A DNA stretch of 64,000 bases. Origin: Scyliorhinus canicula. Its lineage: Eukaryota. The translations under genes and the position numbers were made by a program. Location of the stretch: the NCBI RefSeq assembly GCF_902713615.1, contig NC_052157.1, positions 44,850,553-44,914,552 on the forward strand, read 5' to 3'. Every line of letters begins with the position of its first letter. Positions within the stretch are counted from its first letter, which is position 1. The notes beneath the pieces are model-generated. The model worked only from the letters and a program-made list of their open reading frames with translations. It did not search any database and had not been told where the DNA came from. Shown here piece after piece: positions 25,692-38,997 of the stretch.

Positions 25692-25959
25692 ATCAGTACA
25701 ATTAAACTTGAGCATCCCCTCAGCACACTTGGAGATCCTTAAATATCAGCTCTGCTAACCTGTGCTTATACTTTCTATATTTTAAAAAATGGGTATGTGT
25801 CCCAATGGGGAGAGAGTGTACAGTCTATATTAGGCAGATATAACATTCTGCATGTACAGATTTTATCAATTTGCTAGAAATAGTGAATAATTATTTTGTC
25901 TGGTTATTTACCCAGGAAACTAGTGAGATCACATGATGGAAAGAGGGATTGATAAACTA

Positions 25960-26720
25960 ATCAGACTTCTAAAGGATAAAACCCCTGGCCTGAATGGATT
26001 GCTTCCATGCATCATAAAAAAAGTTCGAGGAGAGGTGGCAGAGTCGCCATTTCATATGCATTAGAAAGATGAATAGTGCCAGATGTCTAGCAGACATCAA
26101 TTTGATTGCTGTATTCAAGATGGATATGCAGCATGTCCAGGGAACTGTGGACCAATTAGCTTAACATCAACTGTAGGAAAGATGATGGAATTCTTACTTA
26201 AAGATGTAATAAAAAAGCACATAGAAGCTTAAACTAAATTATAAAGTTGTCAGCGCAGATTTCAATAGAGAAGACCATGCTTGATCGACCTTATTGTAAT
26301 CTTTAAAGAAGTAGCAGGAGAAATAGCTGCGGGTAATGCAGCGGACTTAATAAATTTGTATTTCCAAAAGGTGTTCAATAAAGTACTGCAGAGTAGACTC
26401 ATGACAAAGGTCAGAACATGTGGAATGGAGGAGCAAGGAGCACAATGGATAGCAAACAGGCAACAAAATAAAAGCAGCGATCAGGACTTAAGGGTACTTA
26501 TTCAGATTGGCAGAAGGTGAGAAGAAGTGTTGCACGGGGATCAGTACTCAGACCACTACTCCGCATTTACATAAACTATTTGTACTTGGGGCTGGAAGTT
26601 CAATTTCAAGTTTTGTGGTTGATGTAGGTTAAGGATGGCGACAAAGTAAAGGAAGAAATTAATAAACATGCAGAATGAATGTGTATTTTGAACATGAACT
26701 TCACATAGAATTTTGAGAGA
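25960..26720 (+). mobile_element. Degraded CR1 RT fragment
   Basis: Decayed DKTPGLNG, PISLTSTVGKMME and YFQKVFNKV motifs. Confidence 0.7.
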
Positions 26721-26917
26721 AAGAATGAGTTCATCACAAAAGTGCGGTCCCAATTTTATTTCTCTTAACTGAATGCATTTTAATATAGTTAAAATCAGGC
26801 CCTTTAAGAAACTTTTAATAAAATAAACTATTTATTTCTAATTGGTGTAGGTGTTGCCTTCTGCGAAAGGTTGTGCACAAGTTGCTTATAAAAAATAAAC
26901 TGCAGCAATTCATTCTT

Positions 26918-27590
26918 TGTCAGAATTTTCCCAAAATTTATCAGTGTCAGGCACTGACTGAAAACGGCATATTTCTCGCCAGCAACACAGCTGAATTCTT
27001 AGACCATATTTTCTGGCACTTAGTGCACAGAATCTGGGAGCATAGTTTATGGTGGAGCGGAGCCTGATAGATCCGGATTCACAGAGATCAAGGCGCCATT
27101 TTTAAAGCACCCCCTCCCCATGGACACATGGGATCACCCCCACAAGCATCAGAACGATCCCCCCCACTTCGGTGGTATCAGGGGGAAATCTTCCCCTGCA
27201 CCTTTCCTCCCACACGACACAGAAGGGGAATGCCGCCAGCCTGCCAGAACCCCTTTGGCACTTCCCCCTTCATGTATCCATTTGGCCCTCAACCCCCAGG
27301 GCTTCCAGGCTCCTCCCCATCCTTGGCGTGGCCATCACGGCTGGGTTTCTATCTTGAAAATCAGTAGTCATCGCGCCGGCATTACATCATGCTGCCGGGG
27401 GGGGTGGGGGTGTGATACTTCGTGGGAAGACACCACGACATAAAGCCATTTAATTGTATTAAAATTTATTCTGGCCATGAACCTGTTCACGTCATGTGGG
27501 GTGGCACAAATCCTGTTTTGGTCCTCTCGCGTGATTTAGCAGCCATAACCGGATTTGCACGCAGCAAATGGGACCGCAAGATCTCACCCT
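26918..27590. mobile_element. Degraded Harbinger-like MITE
   Basis: GC-rich island with cagaattttccc / agatctcaccc ends and ggcgccatttttaaa motif shared with similar elements; ends approximate. Confidence 0.45.
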
Positions 27591-28514
27591 TCAACTAGAA
27601 GAAAGCATATTGCTTTGCGTTATTTACATGGGTAATCAAGTTTTAAAATAAAAAGGAAAATCTAGAATTCAGAAATAAAAAGGGAAACAATGGAAATACT
27701 CAAAAGGTTGGGTAGCATCTGGAGGATATAAAGAAACAGGTTGCTGTGGACTCTTTATCAGAATAATATGGACATGAAATGTTGATTTCACTGTTGCTGG
27801 CTGACCTGAGTATTCCCAGTATTTTCTATTTGCCTGTCTTTTCACTTCCCAGATGCTGACCAACTTGCTATATATTTTTAGCACGTTTTTGTTTTATTTC
27901 AGGTTTTTATTTATGTTTGTTTCTTTTCTTTTTGGAAAGTTGAGCAGTTGTCGGTTGCTTCAGTTGCTGCCTTTGGGTTGTGGATCCATATTTCCAAACC
28001 AGCAAAGTACTTCTACAATTGATACCATTATATTCTTTCTCTAAGCACTTGATTCAGTAGTTATTTTTCCTTAGTGTTTTAGTATTCTGTTCAGTATTTT
28101 ACCTTGTACTGTCTGTTTTCACCACCACCCAAGAATTAGGAAGTAATTTCAGCAGAGCTGCTCTGAAAATTTATCAGTGAAGTGAATGGCCAGTGGATCT
28201 GTTTTATTAATGTTGCTGGGGGATAAATATTGGCCTGGACACCAGGGAAAACTCCCCTCTCTTCTTTGAAAGAATATCATAGGATCCATCAGATTCCCTT
28301 AAGGGTCTCGGGTTACCTCTTATCTGTGCAGAAAGAGTGGGGAAACTGGTTCAGACCTCGGGGATTGCCATGTGTTCCACTGCTTCTGAAACAGTACGGG
28401 ACAAATCTGCTAGGAGACTAAATATGATCTCTTGTGATGAAGGGGCCTGGCAGCACAAAAGAAAATGATTCACCAATATCATAAAGACTTCTGAGATCAG
28501 TTTGGGTTAATATA

Positions 28515-28745
28515 AGGTAAAGTGGTCATAGTCCCATATGACTTTGGGCTGAGTTCCCCTTTTGAGGGGGAAGAGCTGACTGGTGGTGATTTAACCTGAG
28601 GATCACCACACCTCAGGCGAGGGGCAAGGTTGGGAAGGCAGGGCCTTCATGAATAACCTCAGCTGATATGGGAATGACACCCGCGCTGCAGGCCTCGCAC
28701 TGCAACACGAACCAGCTGTCTGGCTAAGTGAGCTAAACGGGCCCC
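28515..28745 (-). mobile_element. tRNA-derived SINE (second family)
   Basis: Closely matches 49340-49565 (ggtaaagtgg.catagtccca...ggtggtgatttaacctgag...gagctaaac). Confidence 0.75.
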
Positions 28746-28749
28746 CACT

Positions 28750-29290
28750 GGGTTCATACATCAGGCTGCTGAACAACCAGAGATCTGGACGGCCTTTGTA
28801 AAAGAGGAAGCCCTGCCCCCATCGCGCACACACGGGCAACTTCCCTCTCCTCTCCCCCCCCCCCCCCCCCCCCCCCCCCCCATGCACATGCGGAACGGCC
28901 TCTTCCCGCTCCCCCTTCCATGGAGAGTACCCCAGAGGGGGCCCCCTCGCCATGCCAGGGTTCAGCACTGTTCCCCCCGCCCTCCCCCTCAGGGCTGAAC
29001 GTAACTGCGTGCCTCCAGCGGGTTTACTTTGCCAGGTTCCGGTTTTTAAAAATTGTTCTAAATCTCATGTCGGCGAGGTGATCCCAATGTGAGGGAACAA
29101 TACGGCGGGGAAGCCCTATAATTAAATTTTATCTACTTAAATAAGCTCGGGAACCTTGTTACGTCAATGGTGGGGCAGGGACAATTGGGCCACGAGATCT
29201 CACCGACAAACTCAGGCACAGAATTCCGGACAATGACCCAGATTTTCGATTCCGGGGTTGGTGCGCAGAATCAAGAAAATTCTGAGCTCA
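28750..29290. mobile_element. Degraded GC-rich MITE-like element
   Basis: GC-rich island with a long poly-C run and motifs similar to the other Harbinger-like elements; ends approximate. Confidence 0.4.
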
Positions 29291-30844
29291 GCTTATGCGC
29301 CTCAAATAAAAAGACCTGAATGGCCAGATTTTCATTCCAAGAGGAAGGGTGCATGCTAGCTCAGGCCACTGCTGCCAGAAACTTGGTGGAGATGAGCTAC
29401 CAAAGACTGGGTTGGATTGTTTAAAAGGCCCGCCTTGGTCTTCTGGAACTTTGTCCCAATTGAAATATAAAGTCAGGTCTCGCAGCACCTGACTGTAAAG
29501 AGAAGTCATTGAGGCTAAAGTTCCCCCTCTTCACCCCTGCAACATTTTTTCCGGTGGTGGAGGCGGTTTGACATTGGCTGCCGGCAGGATGTTTTGGTTC
29601 CACTGAAGTCTACAGCGTTTTGATTGGCGCACCCGCCCCACTGCTGGGGAACCCACAGTGGGGAGGGTGGGCCATTCAGCCCATTGAGTCTTTGCAAAAC
29701 AATCCAGTCAGTGCCTTTCCCCCACAATGTCCCTGTAACCCTGCAAGTTTATTTCCTGAGCTAGCTGTGCAATTTCCTTATTCTGGTGTACATTTTACAT
29801 TCTTGACGCATGCCTGACAAGTTATAACCTCTCTTTTCTCTTTAATGCTGTTTACCAACCTGGATTCCACCGTTTGTATTTCAGCTCCAGCATATTTTTA
29901 GTATATTTACACACGTGTGCATGCTTAGGCATGTGTACATTTGTATTTATACTTTTATGGGTGCATTTTTGTGAATGTATGTAATGAATCAATATTCCTG
30001 TTAATTCCTGGCTAGTTACGTACTTATTCATAATTTCAGATCTGCAAACAATCATTACTCCCTAAAATTAGATACAGTGTCATAGAATAATTCTCATGAG
30101 ATTCTGTTACATGCATGGAAACATACATGTTATTCTTGTGTCACGGATGTTTGTATGAAACATGGAGCATTTTTAATGCAGCTCTTCTCATTGGTATTGA
30201 AAATGTAAAAACTGCAAGGAAGTTTAAAACTTGGGATAATGTTCAGAAAGGGGTTCATATATACATTTTTTTAATTCTCAAAAGTGGAACTCTGTAGGCC
30301 TACAAAGAGGGCAACTTCAACTTTGATCTGCTATAAAACTTTAACATATGGTTTTCATTAAGTGGATGGATCAGCATATTTGAGCATCTGTTTTGTTGTA
30401 AAGACCATCTATTTTCACTTGTACAAATTCAGTGATCCCACACTCAAAATGGAGCATGGTCGCAGAATTGGAACTGAAATGTTGCAGCCCATACATCAAC
30501 CCATTCCAGCTTCAAGTGTGACCCACTGTGGGAGCACTGAACTTACCCTGATTTATGGTCATTCAAACTCAAGCAGATACAGCTTTTAAATATTTTTTAT
30601 CTTTGCCTTTAATAATAACTGAGAATCTGCTGCACTTGCTGCCTCCCTTTAATCCCCTTTTTTCTCCACTTACTCACATCTCCTCTATCACCCCCCATAC
30701 CCTATCCCTGTATTTTCTCCATCCTCCCACCCCCCTCCCTGTGATTTATACTGGGGTACAGCTCAAAGGATACTGAAGTGCCATGACAACTAAATACAAT
30801 AGACAGACCTAAATATAAACCCATGATTTGTAATAAGGAATGAG

Positions 30845-31260
30845 AAAGAATGAGCATGCAGTTGTACAGTGCTGTTTCTATAAACTCAGGACATCCCAAA
30901 GTGCTTCACTGCCAATGAATTACTTTTTCAAATGCAGCCTCTGTAGTAGCAAAAGAGAACAATTCCCATTGGAAACAGCAACGTAATATTCACCAGATAA
31001 CCTGATTTAGCGATGCTGGTTGAGGAATGGATATTGATCAAACACCAAGAGCCTCTGTCATTCTTGAAATAGTGTGGAGTCTATTGCGTCCATCTGAGGG
31101 GTTTGACAGGCCCTCCAGTGTAATGCCTCATCTGAAAAACAGTGCAGCTCTCCCTCAGTACTGCAGTGGCATGTCATCCTAGATTATATGTTTAAATCTC
31201 TGGAATGGGCCCTCAACCTGATTTAGTGATAAGAATGCTTATCACTGAGCCAAGCCTTAC
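30845..31260 (-). mobile_element. Deu-domain SINE (SacSINE1/AmnSINE-like), old
   Basis: cagtgcagctctccctcagtactgcagtgg...ctagattatatg and ttcttgaaatagtg resemble the reverse complement of the DeuSINE central domain. Partial copies at ~28190-28300, 50730-51020 and 53180-53380. Confidence 0.65.
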
Positions 31261-31355
31261 CAGTATTAAAATTACAGTGGGGCACAAAGTTACAGTTTAG
31301 GTTAGGTATGTCAAATTTTAATTGATGGAAAATTTTTATTTGCCCCTTTCTTTGC

Positions 31356-32001
31356 TAGAATAGGCGTTGATGGTGCTGAAGATAGAAGGGGGGGTTACGT
31401 CGGCTATAATAGGAAAATAATGGAAGCAGGATCAGAATCCCTGGATAGGGTGAAGGCCAAATGGGAGGAAGAATTGAGGCAGACTTTGGAGGAAGGGTTG
31501 TGGTACGAAATTTTACAGAGGGTAAATGCATCGACATTGTGCCCAAGGTTGGCACTAATACAATTGAAGATAATTCATAGAACACATTTGACGAGGTAAA
31601 GAATGAGTCGCCTGTTCAAAGGAGTTGAGGACATTTGTGAAAGGTGCGTGAGGGGGCCATCCAATCATATGCACATGTTTTGGTCATGCCTAAAACTGAG
31701 GAAGCTCTGTAGCACTTTCTTTAGCAGCATCTCGACATTGTTAGAGTTGGACCTAGAACCCAGCCCCCTAGGGCTCGTATTCGTATGCCGGAGCTCCAAA
31801 CAGGCACAGGGGCAGATGTTCGAGCCTTTGCCTCGCTAGTGGCGAGGAAATGGATCCTATTGGGTTTGAAGTCAGTTTCTCCACCCTCTGCATCAGCATG
31901 ACTGGGAGACTTGATGGAGTTTCTTAGCCTAGAGAAGGTTAAATTTAGTTTAAGAGGTAATGAGAGGGGTTCACTAGATGTCACCCCTACATATCTCACT
32001 T
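31356..32001 (+). mobile_element. Older L1-clade LINE 3' fragment (continues ~33426-33560)
   Basis: ORF2 C-terminal zinc knuckle CERCVRGPSNHMHMFWSC; its 3' UTR resumes after the nested younger L1. Confidence 0.8.
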
Positions 32002-32019
32002 AAGTAATTACAGTCAGTT

Positions 32020-33407
32020 TAAAGAGGGGGATGCTGGAACGGAACCGTAGCAAGGGGGACTGGCGTTGCCGAACCTCAGCAACTACTACTGGGCGGCTAA
32101 CATAGCCATGATAAGGAAATGGATGGTGGGTACAGGGTCGGTTTGGGAGCAGGTGGAGGCTGCTTAGTGCAGGGGCTCCAGCTTGGCAGCCCTGGTCACG
32201 GCTCCCCTGCCGCTCCCACCGGCCAGGTACTCCACCAGCCCTATAGTGGTGGCAGCTTTGAGGATTTGGGGCCAATGGAGGAAGCATGTGGGGGAAGTGG
32301 GAGCGTCGGTCTGGTCCCCAATATGTGACAACCACCGATTTGTCCTGGGGAAGATGGATGGTGGGTTTCGAGCGTGGCCGAGGGCGGGGGTGGGAAGGAT
32401 GGGCGACTTGTTCCTGGAAGGGACCTTCGCGAACATGAGGGCGCTGGAGGAGAAGTTCGGGCTGGCGAGGGGGAATGACTTTCGGTACTTGCAGGTGCGG
32501 GATTTCGTACGTAGAAAGGTCCCGTCCTTTCCACGCCTTCCACCAAGGGGGATCCAGGACAGGGTAATTTCCAGGGGTGAGGTAGGAGAGGGGAGAGTCT
32601 CGGATATTTATAAGGAGCTTATGGGAGCAGAGGACACAGGGACCGAGGAACTGAAACATAAGTGGGAGGAGGAGCTCGGTCGGGAGTTGGAGGGAGGAGT
32701 ATGGCAGACGCTCTGAGGAGGGTAAATGCAACCGCAACATGTGCCAGGCTCGGCCTGATTCAGTTCAAGTTGGTTCACCGGGCCCACATGACGGTGGCCC
32801 GGATGAGAAAATTCTTTGGGCTGGAGGACAAGTGTGCTAGATGTGGGAGTGGACCAGCGAACCATGTCCACATGTTCTGGGCGTGTCCAAAACTCAGCGG
32901 ATACTGGCAGGGATTTGCGGACGTCATATCCCGGGTACTGAAAACAAGGGTGGTGATGAGTCCAGAGGTGGTGATTTTTGGGGTGTCGGAAGACCCGGGA
33001 GAACAGGAGGGGATAGAGGCCGACGTTGTGGCCTTTGTTTCCCTGATAGCCCGGCGACGAATACTGTTGGCCTGGAGGGACTCAAAGCCCCCAAAGACCG
33101 AAGTCTGGCTGTCGGACATGGCAAGCTTTCTCGGCTTGGAAAAATCAAGTTCGCCTTATGAGGATCACTATCGGGGTTCGCCTGTAGGTGGCAACCATTC
33201 ATCGACTTCTTCGCGGGGGACTAATCGTCAGTGGGGGGGGGGGGTAAAATAGTGTAGAGTAGGGGGGGAAGAATAGGCGGGTCTATCTGCGAGAGTGGTA
33301 CTGTTATTTGCACTATGTTTTTTGTAATTGGTATCTGCACACTAATGTATATTGTTACTGTTTACAATGCCAAAAATACCTCAATAAAATTGTCTGTTTA
33401 AAAAAAA
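32020..33407 (+). mobile_element. L1-clade LINE, 5'-truncated, nested in the older L1
   Basis: ORF2 C-terminus (FRYLQVRDF; CARCGSGPANHVHMFWAC), poly-G 3' UTR tract, AATAAA at 33383, poly-A, imperfect ~18-bp TSD aagtaatta(t)ca(g)tcagtt at 32002-32019 and 33408-33425. Confidence 0.9.
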
Positions 33408-33587
33408 AAGTAATTATCATCAGTTAGCAGCTAAAGGGGGTGTAGTTAGTTAGTTGATTAATTGTTTTCGGGTTGCCGGAGGAATTGTTTGAATGGTAGT
33501 TAAATGTATAATGTAAATTGTGTAAAACATTTTGAAAAATAATACAATTATTTTTAGAAATTTTAATTGATATTGGAAAAAGCACAT

Positions 33588-33896
33588 GGGCAGCACGGCG
33601 GCATGGTGGTTAGCGTAAATGCTTCACAGCTCCAGGGTCCCAGGTTTGATTCTCGGCTGGGTCACTGTCTGTGCGGAGTCTGCACGTCCTCCCCGTGTGT
33701 GCGTGGGTTTCCTCCGGGTGCTCCGGTTTCCTCCCACAGTCCAAAGATGTGCGGGTTAGGTGGATTGGCCATGCTAAATTGCCCGTAGTGTCCTAAAAAG
33801 TAAGGTTAAGGGGGGGGGTTTGAGTAGGGTGATCATTGCTCGGCACAACATCATGGGCCGAAGGGCCTGTTCTGTGCTGTACTGTTCTATGTTCTA
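33588..33896 (+). mobile_element. HE1-like V-SINE with CR1-derived tail (type B1)
   Basis: Tail cggcacaacatcatgggccgaagggcctgttctgtgctgtactgttctatgttcta matches the 3' end of the CR1 at ~9352-9407. Confidence 0.9.
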
Positions 33897-36529
33897 AGTC
33901 CAAGAAGAGGGATATAGGTGTTGATGGCATGGGCACGTAGAAAATGCTGGTATTTTATTTGATGCAATGTGTTGCATTATAGAATCTATAATGAAAATGA
34001 GGATCACAGTTTTAAATTTGGTTTTATTTTTAAGCTATTTGGGAATTAATTACTTTTTTCAACAATTTAATCTTTTTCCCAATAGCATCAAATAACCTGT
34101 AAATGGTAGAAAAAGCTTTTAATTATTGTCTTTTTAATTGTTTCATCCAAAATGGACCATTTGAACCTGACCCTGTTGACTATGGATTGGACAGGTGGTC
34201 CATAAGCAGCAAACATTGAATTCTATATTTTCCTTCCCCTGCACATTCCCTGCCCATCTTCCCAGCCAATACTTGCACTCTCCTCCACAGTTCTAACTAG
34301 CATTCTAAATCCACCCACAGAAAAGCCTGATACTCGGTGTCTCCCCAGCTCTTTTGTTAATGACTACAGGTCCTCCCTCCCTCCCTCACCCAGTTATTGC
34401 TCACGATTTTCTTCCCCCGCCCCACTGTGCTGGGGTGGGTTTCTCCCCTCTCGCTCCAAAAAACTACTTCCAACTGCTCTGTTTTCCCTGTGTGCTACTC
34501 TAGATTCCCCTCTCACCTCAGCAGAGTGGTCGAATTAACGTGGTGGGTGGAAGGAGTGTTCAAAAATGACTGATGGGAGGGAGGTGGATGTCAGAATCGT
34601 CTGAGGCATGGGGAAAATAAAATGAGAATTTAAGGAGAGGAAGGAGGGCACAAGGACTTAGTCTACGGGGAGTTGAAGGAATATGTCAGGATTAATGGTG
34701 GAGTGAAGGAAGACAGTGCTGGGTTGAAAGAGAGAGTATCAATTAATATTTTGGAGGCTTTAATGCACACTCAGCATTCACCATACTAGCAATTAAAGCA
34801 GCTTTCTGTACAAGCAGAAGGGGAAGCCTGTGTAATGGCTGTTTCATTTCTCTAGGTCAGGGATGATTGAAGTTGATTGCTGCTTCCACTATCAGCTAAG
34901 GCCAACTAACTCAGCCTGGATCAAACCTTGGATCTTTCTGGTCAGTGTGGTTCAGTGTCAAACAAGGTAATTTACCCACTGAACCATTCAGGGTTTGAGT
35001 TTATATTTTTAAAAGAAAATTACTAAGATGACATAATTTGTCCCAGAAAAGTCACTGCATTATTTTTAGAAGTAACAGATTTATTCTGACAACACACAGA
35101 TCAGCAGATTAGCTCAAGACAGTTAACGTGACCTGGAAGCCACATTTTCCCCTCGAGCAGCTTGCATGTCTTGTGCAGACATCGCTGGTGACGCATTTGC
35201 TTCCCAGTTCCACACAATAACACCTTGTAGAAGTGGAAGCCAGCACCCTAGGACAGTAACACATAAACACTTTGACACTTTTGTAAGAAATCCCTTATTC
35301 ATGCTGCTTCAGAAATAACTCTGCTAAAATAGTGAAGAACAGAATTTTGAAAGATGTTTCAGTTTTCCTGTGCTGTGTCCTACCATGTAACTTCAGAGTC
35401 AAATGTTTGTTTTCTTAAAAAATCAACAGGGCACACAGTATTTTGCATTATTTTCTTGTCAGATTTGGTGTTTTCTCACAATCTTGAATTAAAGCAACCC
35501 ATAAATTCTTTGCCGGTAATGGATGCTAAGAAAAGATGTGACATTGTATTTCATGTAACTCAATCTCTTGAATAATGGCTTTTCCTTGAAAAACTCGATC
35601 GCACAAAATAGTTTTCCGAACATATGGACATCACTGGCTGGCTTCTTATTACAGTGTAAAGTGAGTTCTGCAATTTCCACTGAGGTCAGCGTTAAAAACA
35701 ATGAATTTGAGGGCAGCTCGGGTTTTACTAAATTACTAACCTTGCTCAGCTTCATGTTCAGACTCAGCAGTATAGCCTGTCTCATTTCTTGTGAACTAAA
35801 TATGTCCTTGAGGCAGATGGAGCTGGAACTACTGAAACTAACAGCAAAATGCTGAAAATGCACGGCACATCTGACAAGGGGAAAATCTGAAATGTTATCT
35901 TGTCTGTTTCTTTTCAGATGTTGCTGGAGCTGCTGTTATCTCCTGACTTTATTTTTATTTCTAATGTGGGAATGAATAAGAGTTCTTATAAATGTAGCTC
36001 ACTCAAATCTTGCAGCATTGTACTGTCATTGAAATGGAAAATAGAGGAATCCATGCTATTTTGCAAACTTATATATAATATATATTTTGCATTCGAAATA
36101 AATAAAAAATATCTTCAAGTTAGCTGATAAATAAATGAAACACTGTGGAAATGGTACATCAACATTAATGAACTTTGTTAAACTTAGTGCAGAAATATCA
36201 TACTTGCGAAAAGCAATATCACGATGTTAAAAGAAATAAGTGTTTGGAGTGCAGTTGTATTTGAAGCATTGGATTTGAAAGCACCAAAGGTGTCTATTCG
36301 CCCATATTGTCCAACGGCTCTGTGCTGGCAATCCAAAATGAATCCCACTGTCCTACACTCTTCGCCATAGCCCAGTATCTGTTTCAAATATTTATCCAAA
36401 TTTCACTTAAAGATGTCATGCTCCCCAATCTTTCCAATCCCTGTGACAAGGTTTATGTGCTGCAAAAGCTTTGTGTAGTAATATTTGTCATTTCTACTCA
36501 TCTAAAGATAATGGCAAACACATTATACA

Positions 36530-37090
36530 ACAAATTCTTTTTATATTGCACCTTTAATGTCATAAATTATTCCAAGGTACTTCACAGGAGCATTATAAAA
36601 CAAAATATAGCGCTGAACCACATATATTGGTATAAGGATGGCTAAAAGTTTGGTAAAAGAGGTGCGTTTCAAGGAGCGTCTTAAAGGAAGAAAGAAAGGT
36701 GTAGTGAGGGAAATCCAGAGTTTAGTGCCAGGACAGCTGAAGGTAGGGCCACCAATGGTGGCGCGTTTAAAATTAGGATGCTCAAGAAACCAGAATTAAG
36801 AGGATTAACAATATCTCAAGGGTTGTGGGCTGGAGGAGATTGCATTGATAGAGAGGGGTGAGGTCATGGAGGAGTTTTGTCACACGGATACAAATTTTTT
36901 AATTAATTGTTACTTGTCTGGGACCCAATGTAGGTCACTGAGCACAGATGTGATAAGTGAATGGGACTTGGAGTGAGCTAAGACATGAGCAGTGGATTTT
37001 GAATGACCTCCAGTTTACAGAGGGTAGAATGTGGGAGACCAGCCAGGACTGCGTGGGAGTAGTTAAGTCTGGAGGTAATGAAGGCATGAA
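36530..37090 (-). mobile_element. L2/CR1-clade LINE 3' fragment
   Basis: Similar to 44625-45005 and 11290-11500 (ccaccaatggtgg, ggctggaggagatt.ca); minus strand encodes a P.YL...LRS.N-like LINE C-terminus. Confidence 0.6.
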
Positions 37091-38035
37091 TCAAAACTGA
37101 AAAGCCCAACCCAACATCTCTAAAACCAGTATTGGCTTTCTATCAGAACAAAGCCATCAAGACACCACATAATGTCGTCTTTAGCAGTTAATGAAGTACA
37201 ATGGAGTCCTATCCTATGTGCGTATGTATAATTTTGGTCAGAAATTTGAATTTTAAACGTCACCTAGCAAAGGTAAAACCAAGGATTTTCCTCATCTGAA
37301 AACTGATGAGCGGAACAAGGTGTTGATGAGTTCAACTTCAAGCACCCAGTCAAGATTGAATTTTACTGCATGCATACGGGTCATTCGGCCCATCAAGCCT
37401 ACGCCACTCCACACATGGCCTGATATACTCAGCTGCTGAATATTGCACATCCCTAATCTGGGGTGGGTGGGGTGGCGCAATTGTTAGCTTAACTCTGCAA
37501 TTAGTATTCCAACTGGAACATTAAAATGAACACCCATTCAATAGTGCCCACTATGGCACCTATATACCCCCCAAACAAAATAGGATGCCGCTAATGCTGT
37601 CACATGTGGTCACATTCAATCCTCATTCAACACTGGAATGAGTTCTGATATAATGTCCCAGACAAACACCTGATCACCATCATCAGAAGAGAACTTTCAA
37701 ACTTCAACCTGCCTGGAAGCAATGGTGCACGTTTCAGAATGTCGCATGGCACAGCACATTGTAAATCAGTGAGTCAGCTGTGCCTCACATGCACATGAAC
37801 CCACTTGCAAAGCTTGACTTGCCATTCTGGATTTCATTATTTGAATTTGACTGATCACTTCTTTTGCAGTCAGAAATAATAGTGGTAATCCTAACCTCAC
37901 TGCCCAGTCTTTTAGTGATAGACCTCCTGTTGGTGACTTCTCAAACAGAGGAGAAGTTCCTTCACTATCCATGCTATTAAACACCTTTATTATTTTATGG
38001 TAGTGAAGCCGTTATGTTACAGCTTACTCATCCCA

Positions 38036-38220
38036 GGGGCTGATTTAGCACAAGGCTAAAGAGCTGACTTTTAAAGCAGACCAAGGCAGGCCAGCAGCAA
38101 AGTTCACTTCCCGTACAAGCCTCCCCAAACAAGCCGGAATGTGGCGACTAGGGGCTTTTCACAGTAACTTCATTTGAAGCCTACTTGTGACAATAAGCAA
38201 TTTTCATTTTTCATTTCATC
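38036..38220 (+). mobile_element. Short tRNA-derived SINE with a different head and the type-C tail
   Basis: Head ggggctgatttagcacaaggctaaa...gttcacttccc, then ccggaatgtggcgactaggggcttttcacagtaacttcattt gaagcctacttgtgacaataag + (TTTCA)n. Confidence 0.8.
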
Positions 38221-38642
38221 CAGATGCTTGGACTAAATATTTCAGTGTGCATAAGTTCAAATCTCACCATAGTAATTTAGGATTTTGATTTAAAAATTAA
38301 TATGGAAATAGAGAGTTGCTAAAAGTGCTGGTGCAGTTGTCGGATTGTTGTAAAGATCTAAATAAATAAATCTCTCATCCTTATCTCTCATCCTTATCCA
38401 ATCTGGTCTATATGTGGCTCTTGTTCAAACTAACGATATAACTTCTCTAAAGTGACCTAATAAGATATTCAGTTGCATTGAACTGTTAAGGAAGGACAAT
38501 AAATGCCAACATTGGCAGCAAAACCACAACCTTATGATGAATATTTAATCTGCAGTAGAGATAAATGTGACTCGGCATTGGGTGGCTATAACTGAGGTAG
38601 AATTTAATTGTTGAGGGACTGCTTACTCAAATCTTAGCTGAT

Positions 38643-38997
38643 ACGGTAGCACGGTAGCATTGTGGATAGCACAATCGCTTCACAGCACCAGGGTCCCAGG
38701 TTCGATTCCGGCTTGGGTCACTGTCTGTGCGGAGTCTACACATCCTCCCCGTGTGTGCGTAGGTTTCCTCCGGGTGCTCCGGTTTCCTCCCACAGTCCAA
38801 AGATGTGCAGGTAGATGGATTGGCCATGTTAAATTGCCCTTAGTGTCCAAAATTGCCCTTAGTGTTGTGTGGGGTTACTGGGTTATGGGGACAGGGTGGA
38901 GGTGTTAACCTTGGGTAGGGTGTTCTTTCCAGGAGCCGATGCAGACTCGATGGGCCAAATGGCCTCCTTCTGTACTGTAAATGCTATGAAACTATGA
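38643..38997 (+). mobile_element. HE1-like V-SINE, tail B2
   Basis: tRNA head, V-core, tail gcagactcgatgggccaaatggcctccttctgtactgtaa. Confidence 0.9.

Noticed and set aside
28853-28880. Long poly-C run (similar runs at ~3163-3178, 6412-6452 and 60342-60357)
   Set aside because: These lie inside repeats, and homopolymer lengths are unreliable in assemblies; no independent function supported.
35489-35863. Overlapping 124-aa and 95-aa ORFs in fairly unique DNA
   Set aside because: No recognisable protein motif or convincing splice signals, and one end overlaps a palindromic repeat.
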